Source: a virus
Virus record (IMG/VR): IMGVR_UViG_3300025818_000017
Strand: one strand, 5' to 3'
DNA length: 64,000 nucleotides
Under the pieces are notes generated by a model that was not told where the DNA came from, did no database searches, and saw only the letters and a program-made list of their open reading frames with translations. Position 1 is the stretch's first letter; every line of letters starts with the position of its first letter. Of the stretch, positions 25,850-36,415 are shown in pieces. Made by a program: the position numbers and the translations under genes.

Positions 25850-25884
25850 GGGTGGCTATAATCAATATTACACTATAGCCACCC
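25850..25884 (+). terminator. hairpin after the tct operon
   Basis: GGGTGGCTATA/TATAGCCACCC 11-bp perfect stem; weak U tract. Confidence 0.5.
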
Positions 25885-25941
25885 TTCATTCTCTACATAA
25901 AGATACTCAGAGCATAAATACTATAGACAAAGGATTTATGT

Positions 25942-26487
25942 ATGGAACTCAAAACCGTCATTGAAAACACCAAAGATATCTTTATGACAGACAGTATGCT
26001 ATCCACATTGCTCGATTTTGAGCGCGTAATGGATAATGTTGATATGTATGCTTTCAAAAACTGGATTAACGGTGAGTTGGTAAAGGGACCAGAAGTTGAG
26101 AAGTATTGGGTTACTTGCCAGTTTATGTATCCTTATAAAATGATGCCTGATCCAAAGGGCGCAACCCGTCTTTTGGACTATAACTGCAAAATCCACTTTC
26201 AGCAAACAGAAATGACGTATCCTGTGAAGGTGGAGACACCAGAGGATTTTGAACCTGGCACCAAGAAACCTAAGAAAATGCGAAAGAAGATTTGGTTGGT
26301 TACTATTCGTATGCCCAAGGATTTGATTAGCGATATCCGCCAAGGGTTTATTGAGATTGAAGGCAAGAATATCAACATGGAAGATATTGACCAAGCTTGG
26401 GAACAGGATTTGGATGAAGAAGGTGCTGCAATGGGCGATGTAGCAGATGCCGCCGAAGACGATCTAGATTTAGACTTAGGATTATAA
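25942..26487 (+). CDS. hypothetical protein
   Basis: ORF track; TAAATA 25915-25920 upstream. Confidence 0.75.
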   Translation: MELKTVIENTKDIFMTDSMLSTLLDFERVMDNVDMYAFKNWINGELVKGPEVEKYWVTCQFMYPYKMMPDPKGATRLLDYNCKIHFQQTEMTYPVKVETPEDFEPGTKKPKKMRKKIWLVTIRMPKDLISDIRQGFIEIEGKNINMEDIDQAWEQDLDEEGAAMGDVADAAEDDLDLDLGL

Positions 26488-27113
26488 TGTACAGTTTCAT
26501 CAATAAAAAACCACAACTATTTGAGGGACTACAAAAACAAGAACTAAGAGATTTAGTTCACAATGAAGTTCATCTTGACGAGTTCCAAGCGAAGATGGGC
26601 GATGATGACCAGATTATCGTTGTATCTTTCAAGGTAAAGTATCGCGCAGCAGCAGCAGACCTAGAAAGTTTTCTTGAGAAAGGTTATAAGTATGTTCTTG
26701 ACGCCGAAGCAAGTCAATCAGAATATGAAGATAGTTGGTATTTGGTATTTGTTGAGTTTGAGCGTAGATTAGATTTCCCAGAAAGATTACTTGAAATCAT
26801 CAAGGATATGAAGAACATTACCAACACGAAAGATTGGAAGTTCAAGTATGGTGCCAGCCGTAAGCGTAATACACCAGAATGGCCCCTAACCGTAAAAGAT
26901 TTGAAACGCATTGTTCCTCTAAGTCCAAAGAAATATCGTGATTTACAGGATCAAAATAAGAAAGATGCGGATGAACTTGAAGGTCTATTGATGGCTAGTG
27001 CTGTTCCATCCGTAAAAAATAAAGAAATCACTGAAAGTCAATATGAGATTAGAACACTAGCCGGTCTACCTGTTGACGGATACAAGGTGAACAGAGTAAG
27101 GGATAAAAGATGA
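26487..27113 (+). CDS. hypothetical protein
   Basis: ORF track; TAATG coupling. Confidence 0.75.
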   Translation: MYSFINKKPQLFEGLQKQELRDLVHNEVHLDEFQAKMGDDDQIIVVSFKVKYRAAAADLESFLEKGYKYVLDAEASQSEYEDSWYLVFVEFERRLDFPERLLEIIKDMKNITNTKDWKFKYGASRKRNTPEWPLTVKDLKRIVPLSPKKYRDLQDQNKKDADELEGLLMASAVPSVKNKEITESQYEIRTLAGLPVDGYKVNRVRDKR

Positions 27114-27685
27114 GTTTTTTCAGATGGATTAAAAGTATTTTTTCACCAGTAAAAGAAGAACCAGTAAAGCAGAAAAAGATTTCCAAAACGCAGCGAAAAG
27201 TAGAAGCAGCAAAGAAACGTGAAGAAACAGTAGAGAAAAAAGACACATTCATGGGTAAACTTCGTAAGGAACTTGAACGTGACGAAGGTGTAAAGTACGA
27301 AATCTATCTAGATCATCTTGGTCTTGAAACGTTTGGGATTGGTCATTTGATTAAAGAACACGATCCTGAATGGGGTATGAAAGTTGGAACAAAAGTATCA
27401 AAACAAAGAGTTCAAGCGTCATTTGAAGAAGATGTATCTATTTCCATAAAAGATGCTGAAACACTATTTGATGATTTTTGGAACTTACCAGAAGATGTAA
27501 GACTTATTACAGTAAATATGTCCTTCAACCTTGGAAGACGCAGATTATCAAGGTTTAAAAACTTTAGAGCGGCGGTGAATGAAGGAAACTGGAAAACCGC
27601 TGCCGCAGAAATGAAAGATAGCCGTTGGTATAATCAAGTCACAAACCGTGCAGAAAGATTACGCCAACGTATGCTAAACGTATAA
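27110..27685 (+). CDS. endolysin, T4-like lysozyme (GH24)
   Basis: RDEGVKYEIYLDHLGLETFGIGHL; NMSFNLG...F..F; AAAEMKDSRWYNQV.NRA. Confidence 0.9.
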   Translation: MSFFRWIKSIFSPVKEEPVKQKKISKTQRKVEAAKKREETVEKKDTFMGKLRKELERDEGVKYEIYLDHLGLETFGIGHLIKEHDPEWGMKVGTKVSKQRVQASFEEDVSISIKDAETLFDDFWNLPEDVRLITVNMSFNLGRRRLSRFKNFRAAVNEGNWKTAAAEMKDSRWYNQVTNRAERLRQRMLNV

Positions 27686-27722
27686 ATATATACGTACATA
27701 AACCATAAGGAGATATCGAAAA

Positions 27723-27926
27723 ATGGAAAGTATTATCGCACTAATGACAGGTGACTCACTAGCAACATATCTAGCTTGGGCAACTGCCATTGTAACAGCA
27801 GCATCAGCTATTGCTGCGGTTACCCCAACACCGACAGATGATAAGTGGGTAGCCAAGGCTTATAAAGTCGTTGATTGGCTTGCCCTAAACATCGGAAAAG
27901 CCAAAGATAAAGCAGAAGACAAGTAA
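27723..27926 (+). CDS. small membrane protein, holin-like
   Basis: Hydrophobic LATYLAWATAIVTAASAIAAV then TPTPTDD; basic/charged tail; follows endolysin. Confidence 0.5.
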   Translation: MESIIALMTGDSLATYLAWATAIVTAASAIAAVTPTPTDDKWVAKAYKVVDWLALNIGKAKDKAEDK

Positions 27927-27928
27927 CA

Positions 27929-28198
27929 ATGTGGGGAAAACTAGCCGGTGTTCTTTTTGAAAAGATTATTGGTGGACTCATCAAAATGTGGGAGTCCAAT
28001 AAGCGTGATGCTGCCAATATTGAAAAGGGTGCCGACATTGTTACAAAAGAAACCCTAAAAGATGAAACAGAAAAAGCCAAAGAATCTATAGTTGTTTCAG
28101 AAAAGGTTTCGGAAATGTCCGATGACGATCTCGACGCCAAGATGCGGGAGCTTCGTGCTAAACGTAGGGCAGAAAGAAAAGAAAGGAAAGAAGGATGA
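27929..28198 (+). CDS. putative inner-membrane spanin-like protein
   Basis: N-terminal amphipathic/hydrophobic segment, coiled-coil C-terminus, overlaps lipoprotein gene. Confidence 0.4.
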   Translation: MWGKLAGVLFEKIIGGLIKMWESNKRDAANIEKGADIVTKETLKDETEKAKESIVVSEKVSEMSDDDLDAKMRELRAKRRAERKERKEG

Positions 28199-28431
28199 AA
28201 CAAGTATTAGCTATTTGTGCTGTTGTCCTTCTGTCTGGATGCGTTCAAGCAAATATTGCTGATGTGAAATCAGATGGATGTGCATGGGTAAGACCATTAC
28301 TTCTATCAGATGCGTCTATTGAAGCATTGCGGGAAGCACAAAAAACACACCCAGAGGTTCGGCAAGACCGCGAGAAAATCGTCAAACACGATATATTGTG
28401 GTTTAAGAACTGCGAAGAAAATAAAAAATAA
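28195..28431 (+). CDS. lipoprotein, putative outer-membrane spanin
   Basis: Lipobox LSGC; further Cys residues (DGCAW, KNCE); last gene of lysis block. Confidence 0.55.
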   Translation: MKQVLAICAVVLLSGCVQANIADVKSDGCAWVRPLLLSDASIEALREAQKTHPEVRQDREKIVKHDILWFKNCEENKK

Positions 28432-28437
28432 CTTATA

Positions 28438-28457
28438 AAGGGGCTTTACAGCCCCTT
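28438..28457 (+). terminator. hairpin after lysis cassette
   Basis: AAGGGGCT-ttac-AGCCCCTT. Confidence 0.5.
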
Positions 28458-28503
28458 CACTTTATGCTATAATACTACTGTGAATAATATTATGTGGTAA
28501 ATA
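28445..28503 (+). promoter_or_regulatory. sigma70 plus late promoters for dnaJ-clpA operon
   Basis: TTTACA 28445-28450, 17 nt, TGcTATAAT ending 28473; TAAATA 28498-28503 5 nt before ATG 28509. Confidence 0.6.
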
Positions 28504-28508
28504 GTAGT

Positions 28509-29351
28509 ATGGACTATTACAAAGTTCTGGGCGTTGAAAAGAACGCTTCTGATAATACAATCAAAGAAGCATATAAAAAGTTGGCTAAACAGCATCACCC
28601 TGACTTGGGCGGCGATGAAGAAAAGTTCAAACAAATCAATGAAGCGTATGAAACCCTAAAAAACCCAGAAACACGCAGAGAATACGACACACCTAATCCG
28701 TTTGGTGATATGAATGGGAACTCATTTCATTTCCGTTCAGACCATATGGGTATGCAAGATATATTTGCTCAAATGGAAGAACAACTGTTTCGTCAAAACG
28801 CTGGTGGATTTAGAACACGCCATAGACACGCAAGAAACCATAATCTAAATATCAACCTTGCCATAGACCTACAAGAACTAGCACAGGGTGACGGAGATAT
28901 TGAGAAGCATTTAAGTGTGCGTATGAGTAATGGCGATAGAGAACTAGTAAAGATAAACATTCCAGCCCACATAGAAAATGGGCAAACCATCAAGTATTCT
29001 GGTCTTGGCGACAATGTAAATAAAGACTTGACAAGAGGCGATTTATTTGTTACAATAAACATCAAGAATAACGAGAGTTTCGTCAAGAAAGGACTTGACC
29101 TTCTAACTAATATTACTATAGACAGTATTGATGCTATACTTGGCACCGAAAAAATCATTCAAACATTATCGGGTAAGAATCTAAAACTCAAGATACCAGA
29201 GGGAACACAATACGGAGCAATCCTCAAAATGAAAAATGAGGGTCTTCGTTTCAGAAATAACACAGGCGATATTCTAGTTCAGATTATCGTCAAGACACCA
29301 ACTGACCTATCAACAGAACAGTTAGACTACATCAGAAAGGCAAAATCATGA
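28509..29351 (+). CDS. dnaJ: DnaJ/CbpA-type co-chaperone (J domain + C-terminal domain, no Zn finger)
   Basis: MDYYKVLGV, HHPDLGG, FKQINEAYETL; GDLFVTI, AILG, GDILVQI. Confidence 0.92.
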   Translation: MDYYKVLGVEKNASDNTIKEAYKKLAKQHHPDLGGDEEKFKQINEAYETLKNPETRREYDTPNPFGDMNGNSFHFRSDHMGMQDIFAQMEEQLFRQNAGGFRTRHRHARNHNLNINLAIDLQELAQGDGDIEKHLSVRMSNGDRELVKINIPAHIENGQTIKYSGLGDNVNKDLTRGDLFVTINIKNNESFVKKGLDLLTNITIDSIDAILGTEKIIQTLSGKNLKLKIPEGTQYGAILKMKNEGLRFRNNTGDILVQIIVKTPTDLSTEQLDYIRKAKS

Positions 29352-31651
29352 TTGAAGAAAGTCCAGAAATCAATAATATTATTGATAAGGCGCTTGTCAA
29401 AGCATCCAAACTAAAACACCAATATGTAACCCTTGAGCATCTTCTTCACGGAGTTCTTCAAGACAAAGATTTCATTGCCGCACTTACTGAACTAGATATA
29501 GATATTGATGGACTACGGGAAGAACTTGAAACTTATCTACAAAACCGCGATGACATCCCCAAAGTTACTACAAATAATCCACAAAAGACACACGCCCTTG
29601 AACGTGTGTTCAATCGTGCTTATACACAGGTTCTATTCAGCGGTAGAACCAAAATGGATGCTGTTGACCTATATCTAAGTATGCTTGCTGAAACAAACTC
29701 ACACGCTTGCTATTTCCTTTTGAAATATGTAAACTCCAAAGAAGAAGTTGTGAATGCCCTACAGAAAAAAGTAGGCGGTGGCAAAAAAGGTGCCAGGAAA
29801 GGCAAAATGAACGACCGACAAGCAGATGATATCCTTGATGAATACTGTACCAATCTAAATGACCGTGCCACCAAGGGTAAGATTGACCCTGTTATTGGTC
29901 GCCAAGAAGAACTTGATGATATTGCTCAAGTCTTGGCTCGACGCACCAAGTCAAATGTTCTAATGGTCGGTGACCCTGGCGTTGGTAAAACTGCTATTGC
30001 CGAAGGTCTTGCCCTAAAAATCAATAAAGGTGAAGTTCCAGACTACCTTGAAGGTTGGACTGTATGGAACCTTGATATTGGTTCGCTGGTCGCTGGTTCA
30101 AAGTTCCGTGGTGAGTTTGAAGAAAAACTCAAGGAAGTTATTGAGGCTATGGAAGCCAAAGGTAAGGCAATCCTTTTCATTGACGAAGCACATACGATGC
30201 GTGGCGCGGGTGCTGGTGGTAGTGCTGGGGGTCCAGACTTCGCCAATATGATTAAACCCGCTCTTTCCCGTGGTGACTTGAAGGTTATTGCTTCAACTAC
30301 TTGGGAAGAATATTCCAATAGTTTTGAGAAAGACCGTGCGTTGATGCGCCGTTTCTATCGTCTAACTGTGGATGAACCATCCCCCGAAGTTGCGAAAGAA
30401 ATCTTGAATGGTCTTGCTGGATATTTCAAAAAGTTCCATAGTGCCAAGGCTATCAAACAGGATGCTATTCACGCTGCGGTGGATTATAGTGTCCGTTATC
30501 AGACTGATAAGAAACTACCAGATAAGGCACTTGACCTTATTGATAGTGCCTGTGCTAAACAACGCCTACTTGGTCGTAAGAACTTTGTTATCCGCAAAGC
30601 AGATATCCTACGAGAACTAAGTCGTATCACTGGTGTTCCTGTATCATCTATGGATGAAAAGGAAAAGAGTGAAAATCTTGCTGATATTGAGCCAAATATC
30701 AAAACCAATGTGTTCGGTCAAGATAATGTGGTTGATACCATCTTGGATAAAATCTTTGTCGCCAAGGCTGGTCTAAAAGCACACGATAAACCAATCGGCA
30801 CCTTTATGTTTATGGGTCCAACGGGTGTTGGTAAGACTGAACTTGCTAAACAGTTGTCCCGTGAACTAACGATGAAACTGCTACGCTTTGATATGAGTGA
30901 ATACCAAGAGAAGCATACTGTAGCCCGTTTCATTGGTGCCCCTCCTGGCTATGTCGGGCACGATGACGGTAATATCGGTGGTGGTCTGTTGGTCAAGCAG
31001 ATTGAACAGAACCCACACGCTGTTGTCCTATTTGACGAAGTTGAGAAAGCACACCCTGACGTAATGAATGTCCTTCTACAGTTGATGGATGAAGGGTATG
31101 TAACTTCCGCCAACGGCAAACGTGCCGATGCTCGTAACTGTGTTATCATTATGACCAGTAACCTTGGCTCTGCCGAAATGGAGAAAAACTCTATTGGGTT
31201 CGGTTCCCTTGAGAAAGAAGGGGAAGATGATAAAGCATATGAAATCTTCTTTGCACCAGAGTTCCGTAACCGTGTAGATGCGGTATGTAAGTTCGGTAAA
31301 CTGAACAAACTTTCTATGAAGAAGATTGTTGCCAAGTTTATGAACGATGTGAACGATCTACTCCGTGAACGTGGTATGAAAATCCGTACCACAGATGCGT
31401 TAGTAGAGTATCTTGTGGATACTGGTTTCGATCCAAAGATGGGCGCTCGTCCATTGGCTCGTACCATTGACCAAGAAATCAAGGTTCCCCTGTCCAAGAA
31501 ACTACTGTTCGAAAAGGTTGACAAGGGTAGCATTGTTGTGGTAGACTATAAGGATAACGAAGTTGTATTTGAGTTTACCAAACCATTACCAGTGGAAATC
31601 AATGAAAAAGAGGTTATTGATGAACAAGGAATCATTACAGTCGATTCATGA
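29348..31651 (+). CDS. clpA: ATP-dependent Clp protease ATPase subunit ClpA
   Basis: N-domain [10 protein letters not shown]; GDPGVGKT and GPTGVGKT Walker A; [25 protein letters not shown]; GARPLAR. Confidence 0.93.
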   Translation: MIEESPEINNIIDKALVKASKLKHQYVTLEHLLHGVLQDKDFIAALTELDIDIDGLREELETYLQNRDDIPKVTTNNPQKTHALERVFNRAYTQVLFSGRTKMDAVDLYLSMLAETNSHACYFLLKYVNSKEEVVNALQKKVGGGKKGARKGKMNDRQADDILDEYCTNLNDRATKGKIDPVIGRQEELDDIAQVLARRTKSNVLMVGDPGVGKTAIAEGLALKINKGEVPDYLEGWTVWNLDIGSLVAGSKFRGEFEEKLKEVIEAMEAKGKAILFIDEAHTMRGAGAGGSAGGPDFANMIKPALSRGDLKVIASTTWEEYSNSFEKDRALMRRFYRLTVDEPSPEVAKEILNGLAGYFKKFHSAKAIKQDAIHAAVDYSVRYQTDKKLPDKALDLIDSACAKQRLLGRKNFVIRKADILRELSRITGVPVSSMDEKEKSENLADIEPNIKTNVFGQDNVVDTILDKIFVAKAGLKAHDKPIGTFMFMGPTGVGKTELAKQLSRELTMKLLRFDMSEYQEKHTVARFIGAPPGYVGHDDGNIGGGLLVKQIEQNPHAVVLFDEVEKAHPDVMNVLLQLMDEGYVTSANGKRADARNCVIIMTSNLGSAEMEKNSIGFGSLEKEGEDDKAYEIFFAPEFRNRVDAVCKFGKLNKLSMKKIVAKFMNDVNDLLRERGMKIRTTDALVEYLVDTGFDPKMGARPLARTIDQEIKVPLSKKLLFEKVDKGSIVVVDYKDNEVVFEFTKPLPVEINEKEVIDEQGIITVDS

Positions 31652-32324
31652 GAAAACGGCTGTTATCAATACTGTTAGAAGTTATGGATGTGTTATCACC
31701 GAAGCAAAGAAACTATGGTGGCGTAAGTATGCATTCAAACTGAGAATCAGAATAAACGAGGATCATCCCCGTTGGAATAGAAGCAACAGTATAGTGGCAG
31801 ATATACGCCGTACTGCTGCTGAGTTCGATGATGTGAAAACAAGATATGAGTGGTATTCGTTGTACGCTTACTTTAGGAGTGAAGAGGACTTACAGCGGTT
31901 TCTTGGAAAGATGGAAGACTATAATGATAGGCACCAAGTCGTAAGCTCAAAACCAGTGTATATTACTGAACTTGAATATTACCCTGTTCCATTGACCGAA
32001 GATTCAGAGCGTAATATTGTTGTGTGTAATAACTTACCTTTCAAAAAGTATCGTTTCAAGGTATTCATTGACCATAGGGAGATTGATGATGTAAAACATT
32101 TTGTGGATTACTTCGAAAGCCAGTGTAAAGATGGCAAGGAACCATTTAGGTTTACTGGTGAATGGCAAAACGCCATCAGGCGAGGGCGTTTCTGGTATGG
32201 TTCACGACCATATCTTTATGTTGAAGACGAAAAGCAAATGACCATCCTTGGGTTCTATGCAGCCCAATCTGTTAAAAAAATCGATGAATATAGGACAAAA
32301 AATGAACTTAACATTAGCGAATAA
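31620..32324 (+). CDS. hypothetical protein
   Basis: ORF track 31563-32324; likelier start MNKESLQ at 31620 after AGAGG. Confidence 0.65.
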   Translation: MNKESLQSIHEKTAVINTVRSYGCVITEAKKLWWRKYAFKLRIRINEDHPRWNRSNSIVADIRRTAAEFDDVKTRYEWYSLYAYFRSEEDLQRFLGKMEDYNDRHQVVSSKPVYITELEYYPVPLTEDSERNIVVCNNLPFKKYRFKVFIDHREIDDVKHFVDYFESQCKDGKEPFRFTGEWQNAIRRGRFWYGSRPYLYVEDEKQMTILGFYAAQSVKKIDEYRTKNELNISE

Positions 32325-32631
32325 ACTTATTGAACTAAACGTGATTCAAGAAGAAACCAAAGTCACTGCCGTTGTTACATCCCGTGGTATTGGTGGTGAC
32401 CCTGTGCGAGTTTCTAAGGAACTGATTCTCACTGGGGTAAATACATCTAAGTTCAAAGGCTATAATATGCGTGAACCAAATATCTTCTTCTCGTTTACTC
32501 ATGAAGATATTACTCATGTTGGTGGAATGAACTTGGATCGTATTTCTAAAGCGTTCAATCTAAATGAAGACGGTACACCACGCAAAGTAGGCAAAAAGCC
32601 TGGAAGAAAACCAAAAGTAGAAAAGGTATAA
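32302..32631 (+). CDS. hypothetical protein with basic C-terminal GKKPGRKPK tail
   Basis: ORF track 32248-32631; likelier start MNLTLANK at 32302 after AGGA. Confidence 0.65.
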   Translation: MNLTLANKLIELNVIQEETKVTAVVTSRGIGGDPVRVSKELILTGVNTSKFKGYNMREPNIFFSFTHEDITHVGGMNLDRISKAFNLNEDGTPRKVGKKPGRKPKVEKV

Positions 32632-32632
32632 T

Positions 32633-33190
32633 ATGAGCAATCAAGAAAATCAAAACCAAGGTCCACCAATGGGTGAAAAAGGCATGTATCTTATGATGAG
32701 TGAGTTTTCACAAGATACAGTCAAACCAATCGTTGAGTGGATTATCAATGAAAACCTAGCACCTAAAAAGAAATCACATCTGACCCTAATCATCTGTTCT
32801 CCAGGTGGTGATGTGAATGCATGTTTCGCCCTGATTGATACGATGAAAGGTTCATCTATTCCTGTACGAACCGTTGGTGTTGGTATGATTGCTTCTTGTG
32901 GGTTGCTTACATTTATTGCTGGCGAGAAAGGGCATCGTGTTCTTACGCCAAATACATCTATCCTATCCCATCAGTATTCTTGGGGTTCATTCGGAAAGGA
33001 ACACGAGTTATACGGTGTGGTAAAAGAATACGAACTAACAAGCAAGCGGATGGTTGACCATTATAAGAAATGTACTGGATTATCCGATAAGCAAATCCGT
33101 GAGAAGCTTCTACCAGCAACGGATGTATGGTTAGACGCAAAAGAAGCAAAGAAACTAAACATCTGTGATAAAATCAAGGAGACATACTGA
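32633..33190 (+). CDS. clpP: ClpP-family protease proteolytic subunit
   Basis: ICSPGGDV, IASCG, ILSHQ, DVWLDAKEAKKLNICDKI. Confidence 0.9.
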   Translation: MSNQENQNQGPPMGEKGMYLMMSEFSQDTVKPIVEWIINENLAPKKKSHLTLIICSPGGDVNACFALIDTMKGSSIPVRTVGVGMIASCGLLTFIAGEKGHRVLTPNTSILSHQYSWGSFGKEHELYGVVKEYELTSKRMVDHYKKCTGLSDKQIREKLLPATDVWLDAKEAKKLNICDKIKETY

Positions 33191-33630
33191 TGGTAAAAGT
33201 TAGTAAAGGTAAGGGTAACAATAAACCTAGCGAATCAGAACAAGAAGACATGAAACTCACCAAAGACGATGTTGAAACAATCAATAGAAAGCTAAAGAAT
33301 CAATCCATCATTGATGCTGCCGAACAGGGTAAAGGTAAAAAGGTTCTGAGCGGTAAAGGAAAACTTCATCGCACTGGTGAAGAACCATCTGACGCAATGC
33401 TGGTTTATCGTGAAAAGGATGCTACTTGGTACGTGGGGAAATCCCGTATCCTCAATAATCCAGACCACGATATGCATAATATGAAAATCTATGAAGTAGT
33501 TGACCAGGATCGTCTATTGGAAGCACTACGAAGTCGCACCAAGTTTGAAGCAGATATTATGAATATTATTATCTGGAAAGACACTGATACACAAGATGAA
33601 CTAGTAGGATGGGCTGACCCCTTTCAATGA
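33190..33630 (+). CDS. hypothetical protein
   Basis: ORF track; translationally coupled. Confidence 0.7.
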   Translation: MVKVSKGKGNNKPSESEQEDMKLTKDDVETINRKLKNQSIIDAAEQGKGKKVLSGKGKLHRTGEEPSDAMLVYREKDATWYVGKSRILNNPDHDMHNMKIYEVVDQDRLLEALRSRTKFEADIMNIIIWKDTDTQDELVGWADPFQ

Positions 33631-34154
33631 TCAATCTAATCGTGGCGGTTGCGGAGAATGGCGTTATCGGAAACGGTAACGCTCTTCCTTGGCCTCGTAT
33701 CGATGAAGATATGGCGTGGTTTCGTAAGCACACCAAAGGCCATGCAGTTGTTATGGGAAGGAAGACTTGGGACTCATTGCCAAGCCGTCCGTTGCCATCC
33801 CGTCAAAACTACGTTATTTCCCGTAGTCATCCAAAAGAATGGACAGTGGAATCAGAAGGAATGTATGGTCGTCTTGGTGCAGACTTTTTACCAAAGCTCA
33901 ATGCTTACTGGCGTGATAATAGCGATAAACAATGTTTCCAATGTTTCATCATTGGTGGCGCAGAAATATATAGACAAGCCCTACCAATAGTTGATACAAT
34001 ATATCTAACGAATGTTTATGGTGAGTATGAAGGCGATACTTTCCTACCGGAACTAGGACTTGCTCTTGGTGACTTCCACCTAACATACGAAGAAGAAGTC
34101 CATGGTAAATGTAAGTTTGAGATATGGAAACGAGATAATGGACCCAAAATCTAA
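33627..34154 (+). CDS. folA: dihydrofolate reductase
   Basis: LIVAVAENGVIG, LPW, VVMGRKTW, RPLPSRQNYV, FIIGGAEIY, GDTFLP. Confidence 0.96.
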   Translation: MINLIVAVAENGVIGNGNALPWPRIDEDMAWFRKHTKGHAVVMGRKTWDSLPSRPLPSRQNYVISRSHPKEWTVESEGMYGRLGADFLPKLNAYWRDNSDKQCFQCFIIGGAEIYRQALPIVDTIYLTNVYGEYEGDTFLPELGLALGDFHLTYEEEVHGKCKFEIWKRDNGPKI

Positions 34155-34401
34155 ACTGGCACAAACTGAACTAACTATTGAAGTGGTAGAGGACATTCTA
34201 TTACAGAACTGTCAGCCTGGCGTTTATGAAACACTAATGACCAAAACACCATTGGGTGGTGTCAAAGACAAAATATCTGTTCAGGCATTCTTCAACATCG
34301 TTGATAGATATAAGTTTCATTGGACAGATAAAACACCAAGAAGAATAAAAGACTTTACACGAAAGATGTTGAAAAATGCAAAACTACCTAACGACACTTG
34401 A
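34138..34401 (+). CDS. hypothetical protein
   Basis: ORF track 34102-34401; likelier start MDPKSK. Confidence 0.55.
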   Translation: MDPKSKLAQTELTIEVVEDILLQNCQPGVYETLMTKTPLGGVKDKISVQAFFNIVDRYKFHWTDKTPRRIKDFTRKMLKNAKLPNDT

Positions 34402-35296
34402 AATCATTATGAACGCTGGCGTTGACCGTGGCGACAGGACAGGTACTGGAACACGTTCTATCTTCGCACATCAAATGCGATTTGATTTACAACAAGGCTT
34501 TCCAGCAATGACCACAAAGCGTCTGGCTTGGTCGGCAGTAGTGAGCGAGTTGCTATGGTTCCTAGAAGGTTCCAGCGATGAAAGACGCTTGGCTGAAATC
34601 CTTGGTAAAGACAAGACCATTTGGACTGCTAATGCTAATGCTGACTACTGGAAACCCAAAGCACAATTTGAAGGTGACCTTGGCGCAGTGTACGGTGTCC
34701 AATGGCGGCGTTGGGCAACTCATAAGTTCCACGGTGGCAAGTTTGATATTGCCTATAAGGGAACTGGATTTGAAGACCCCAATGAAAAAGGGGCGTGTAT
34801 GATGGGCGATTGGAGAACACATTACATAGACCAAATCGCCAATGTGATTGACAGTATCAAGAATGATCCAGATAGTCGCCGCCATGTTGTTACAGCATGG
34901 AATCCCGGCGAGCTTGACCAGATGGCATTACCACCTTGCCATATGATCTTCCAGTTTTATGTGGCAGATGGCAAACTATCCTGTCATATGTTCCAACGCA
35001 GTTGTGATATGTTCTTGGGTGTGCCGTTCAACATCGCATCGTATGCACTGCTAACACACATGATTGCTCAAGTAACCGATCTGGATGTAGGCGAACTGGT
35101 ATTGACGCTTGGCGATGCTCATATCTATCACAATCATTTTGATCAGGTCAATGAGCAGTTGAAGCGAGAACCAAGACCACTACCGACACTATGGTTGAAC
35201 CCTGACATCAAAGACATCGACTCATTCACAATGGATGATATTCGTTTGGATGGTTATGATCCACACGACACGATTAAAGCGGATATGGCAGTATGA
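34376..35296 (+). CDS. thyA: thymidylate synthase
   Basis: [53 protein letters not shown]. Confidence 0.97.
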   Translation: MQNYLTTLEIIMNAGVDRGDRTGTGTRSIFAHQMRFDLQQGFPAMTTKRLAWSAVVSELLWFLEGSSDERRLAEILGKDKTIWTANANADYWKPKAQFEGDLGAVYGVQWRRWATHKFHGGKFDIAYKGTGFEDPNEKGACMMGDWRTHYIDQIANVIDSIKNDPDSRRHVVTAWNPGELDQMALPPCHMIFQFYVADGKLSCHMFQRSCDMFLGVPFNIASYALLTHMIAQVTDLDVGELVLTLGDAHIYHNHFDQVNEQLKREPRPLPTLWLNPDIKDIDSFTMDDIRLDGYDPHDTIKADMAV

Positions 35297-35391
35297 CAAC
35301 ATTTGAGCTAATAGTTGTATGTCTAGTTGGATTACAACTACTAAATGAGATAAGGTTTTATTACATAAAGAAATGGGCAAGAAACAGCTAA
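35293..35391 (+). CDS. 32-aa hydrophobic peptide (not in ORF track)
   Basis: ATGA overlap with thyA stop; [32 protein letters not shown]. Confidence 0.45.
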   Translation: MTTFELIVVCLVGLQLLNEIRFYYIKKWARNS

Positions 35392-35711
35392 CCGAGGAAC
35401 AAAAAGACTTTTGGGATATGCTCACTTCCGATATGGAAGAATACCACGAGCGAAAGATTATGTCCGAAATAATGGAAAACCTTCATAGCAGACCAGACCT
35501 CATAGTAACAGCGGAACGAACACAAGGGTTCCATGTTATGGAAGAACAAATTGCGAAACACTATGGATTACATCGTGTTAGTATTGCTAAAGACTACCAA
35601 ACAATGTCGTATGTAGTAACTATACAGTTTGCGAGTGGAAGACTTCAGAGAAGTCATATAAACGAGGAAATAATAGCCTATGGAATACACAGTCGTTCTG
35701 ACCGAAGATGA
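35373..35711 (+). CDS. hypothetical protein
   Basis: ORF track. Confidence 0.6.
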   Translation: MGKKQLTEEQKDFWDMLTSDMEEYHERKIMSEIMENLHSRPDLIVTAERTQGFHVMEEQIAKHYGLHRVSIAKDYQTMSYVVTIQFASGRLQRSHINEEIIAYGIHSRSDRR

Positions 35712-35844
35712 AGTAAGACTTCTTCGCCAAATGGTTCATCAAGTATCATTATCCGTTCCCCCAACTGAATTTACTGATTGGGTTATTGAGGAACTTGGTA
35801 GTGAAAATGTGAAAGATTTTTATAATACCTTTATGAAGCCATAA
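35680..35844 (+). CDS. hypothetical 54-aa protein (not in ORF track)
   Basis: GAGGA upstream; MEYTVVLTEDEVRLLRQMV...FMKP. Confidence 0.5.
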   Translation: MEYTVVLTEDEVRLLRQMVHQVSLSVPPTEFTDWVIEELGSENVKDFYNTFMKP

Positions 35845-35873
35845 GATAAATATACTATAAGGAGATTTATCAA

Positions 35874-36038
35874 ATGGCTAAACTCAATGAAGAAATGGTA
35901 GTAATCAAAGTAAGTGAACTACTAAAAGATGATGCCGATGCAGCAGGAATTCTTGATGATGACATGCTTGCTTCACTAGAAGAAGTCATCCAAGAACTAG
36001 TGGGCGAAAGCAAACTCGTAGAACTAATTAAGGAATAA
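35874..36038 (+). CDS. hypothetical 54-aa late protein (not in ORF track)
   Basis: TAAATA 35847-35852 and AAGGAG SD; MAKLNEEMVVIKVSELLKDD...LIKE. Confidence 0.7.
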   Translation: MAKLNEEMVVIKVSELLKDDADAAGILDDDMLASLEEVIQELVGESKLVELIKE

Positions 36039-36040
36039 AA

Positions 36041-36415
36041 ATGCCGTCAACATCAGTAACACTATTACCATCAGTCACACAAGGCACACCTAACGATAAC
36101 GTCAACTATGACGGGTCAAGTGCTGCGTTCCAAACAGATAAAACGAAAGGCGATGGCTTTTACGGTTACACGGATGGTCTACATACAGTTGCTTACTTCC
36201 CAAATAACTTCGTAGGCACAATCAAGATGCAAGGCTCCCTTGCTACAACACCATCCTCAACAGATTGGTTCGATATTGACGGAACAACTATGACCAATGC
36301 ATCTGCTGGTTCTACCGCTGTAACATATAATTTCACAGGCAACTTTGTATGGGTGCGGGTTGCAGTGTCCGGCTTTACCGAAGGCACTATTGATAAGGTG
36401 CAGTTGAACTACTAA
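36041..36415 (+). CDS. putative beta-rich virion protein
   Basis: FVGTIKMQGSLATTP...DWFDI...NFTGNFVWVRV. Confidence 0.55.
   Translation: MPSTSVTLLPSVTQGTPNDNVNYDGSSAAFQTDKTKGDGFYGYTDGLHTVAYFPNNFVGTIKMQGSLATTPSSTDWFDIDGTTMTNASAGSTAVTYNFTGNFVWVRVAVSGFTEGTIDKVQLNY

Noticed and set aside
31648-31743. 31-aa ORF ([12 protein letters not shown]...) starting at the clpA stop by ATGA overlap
   Set aside because: Lies inside the longer SD-led frame from 31620; cannot be supported without Ribo-seq
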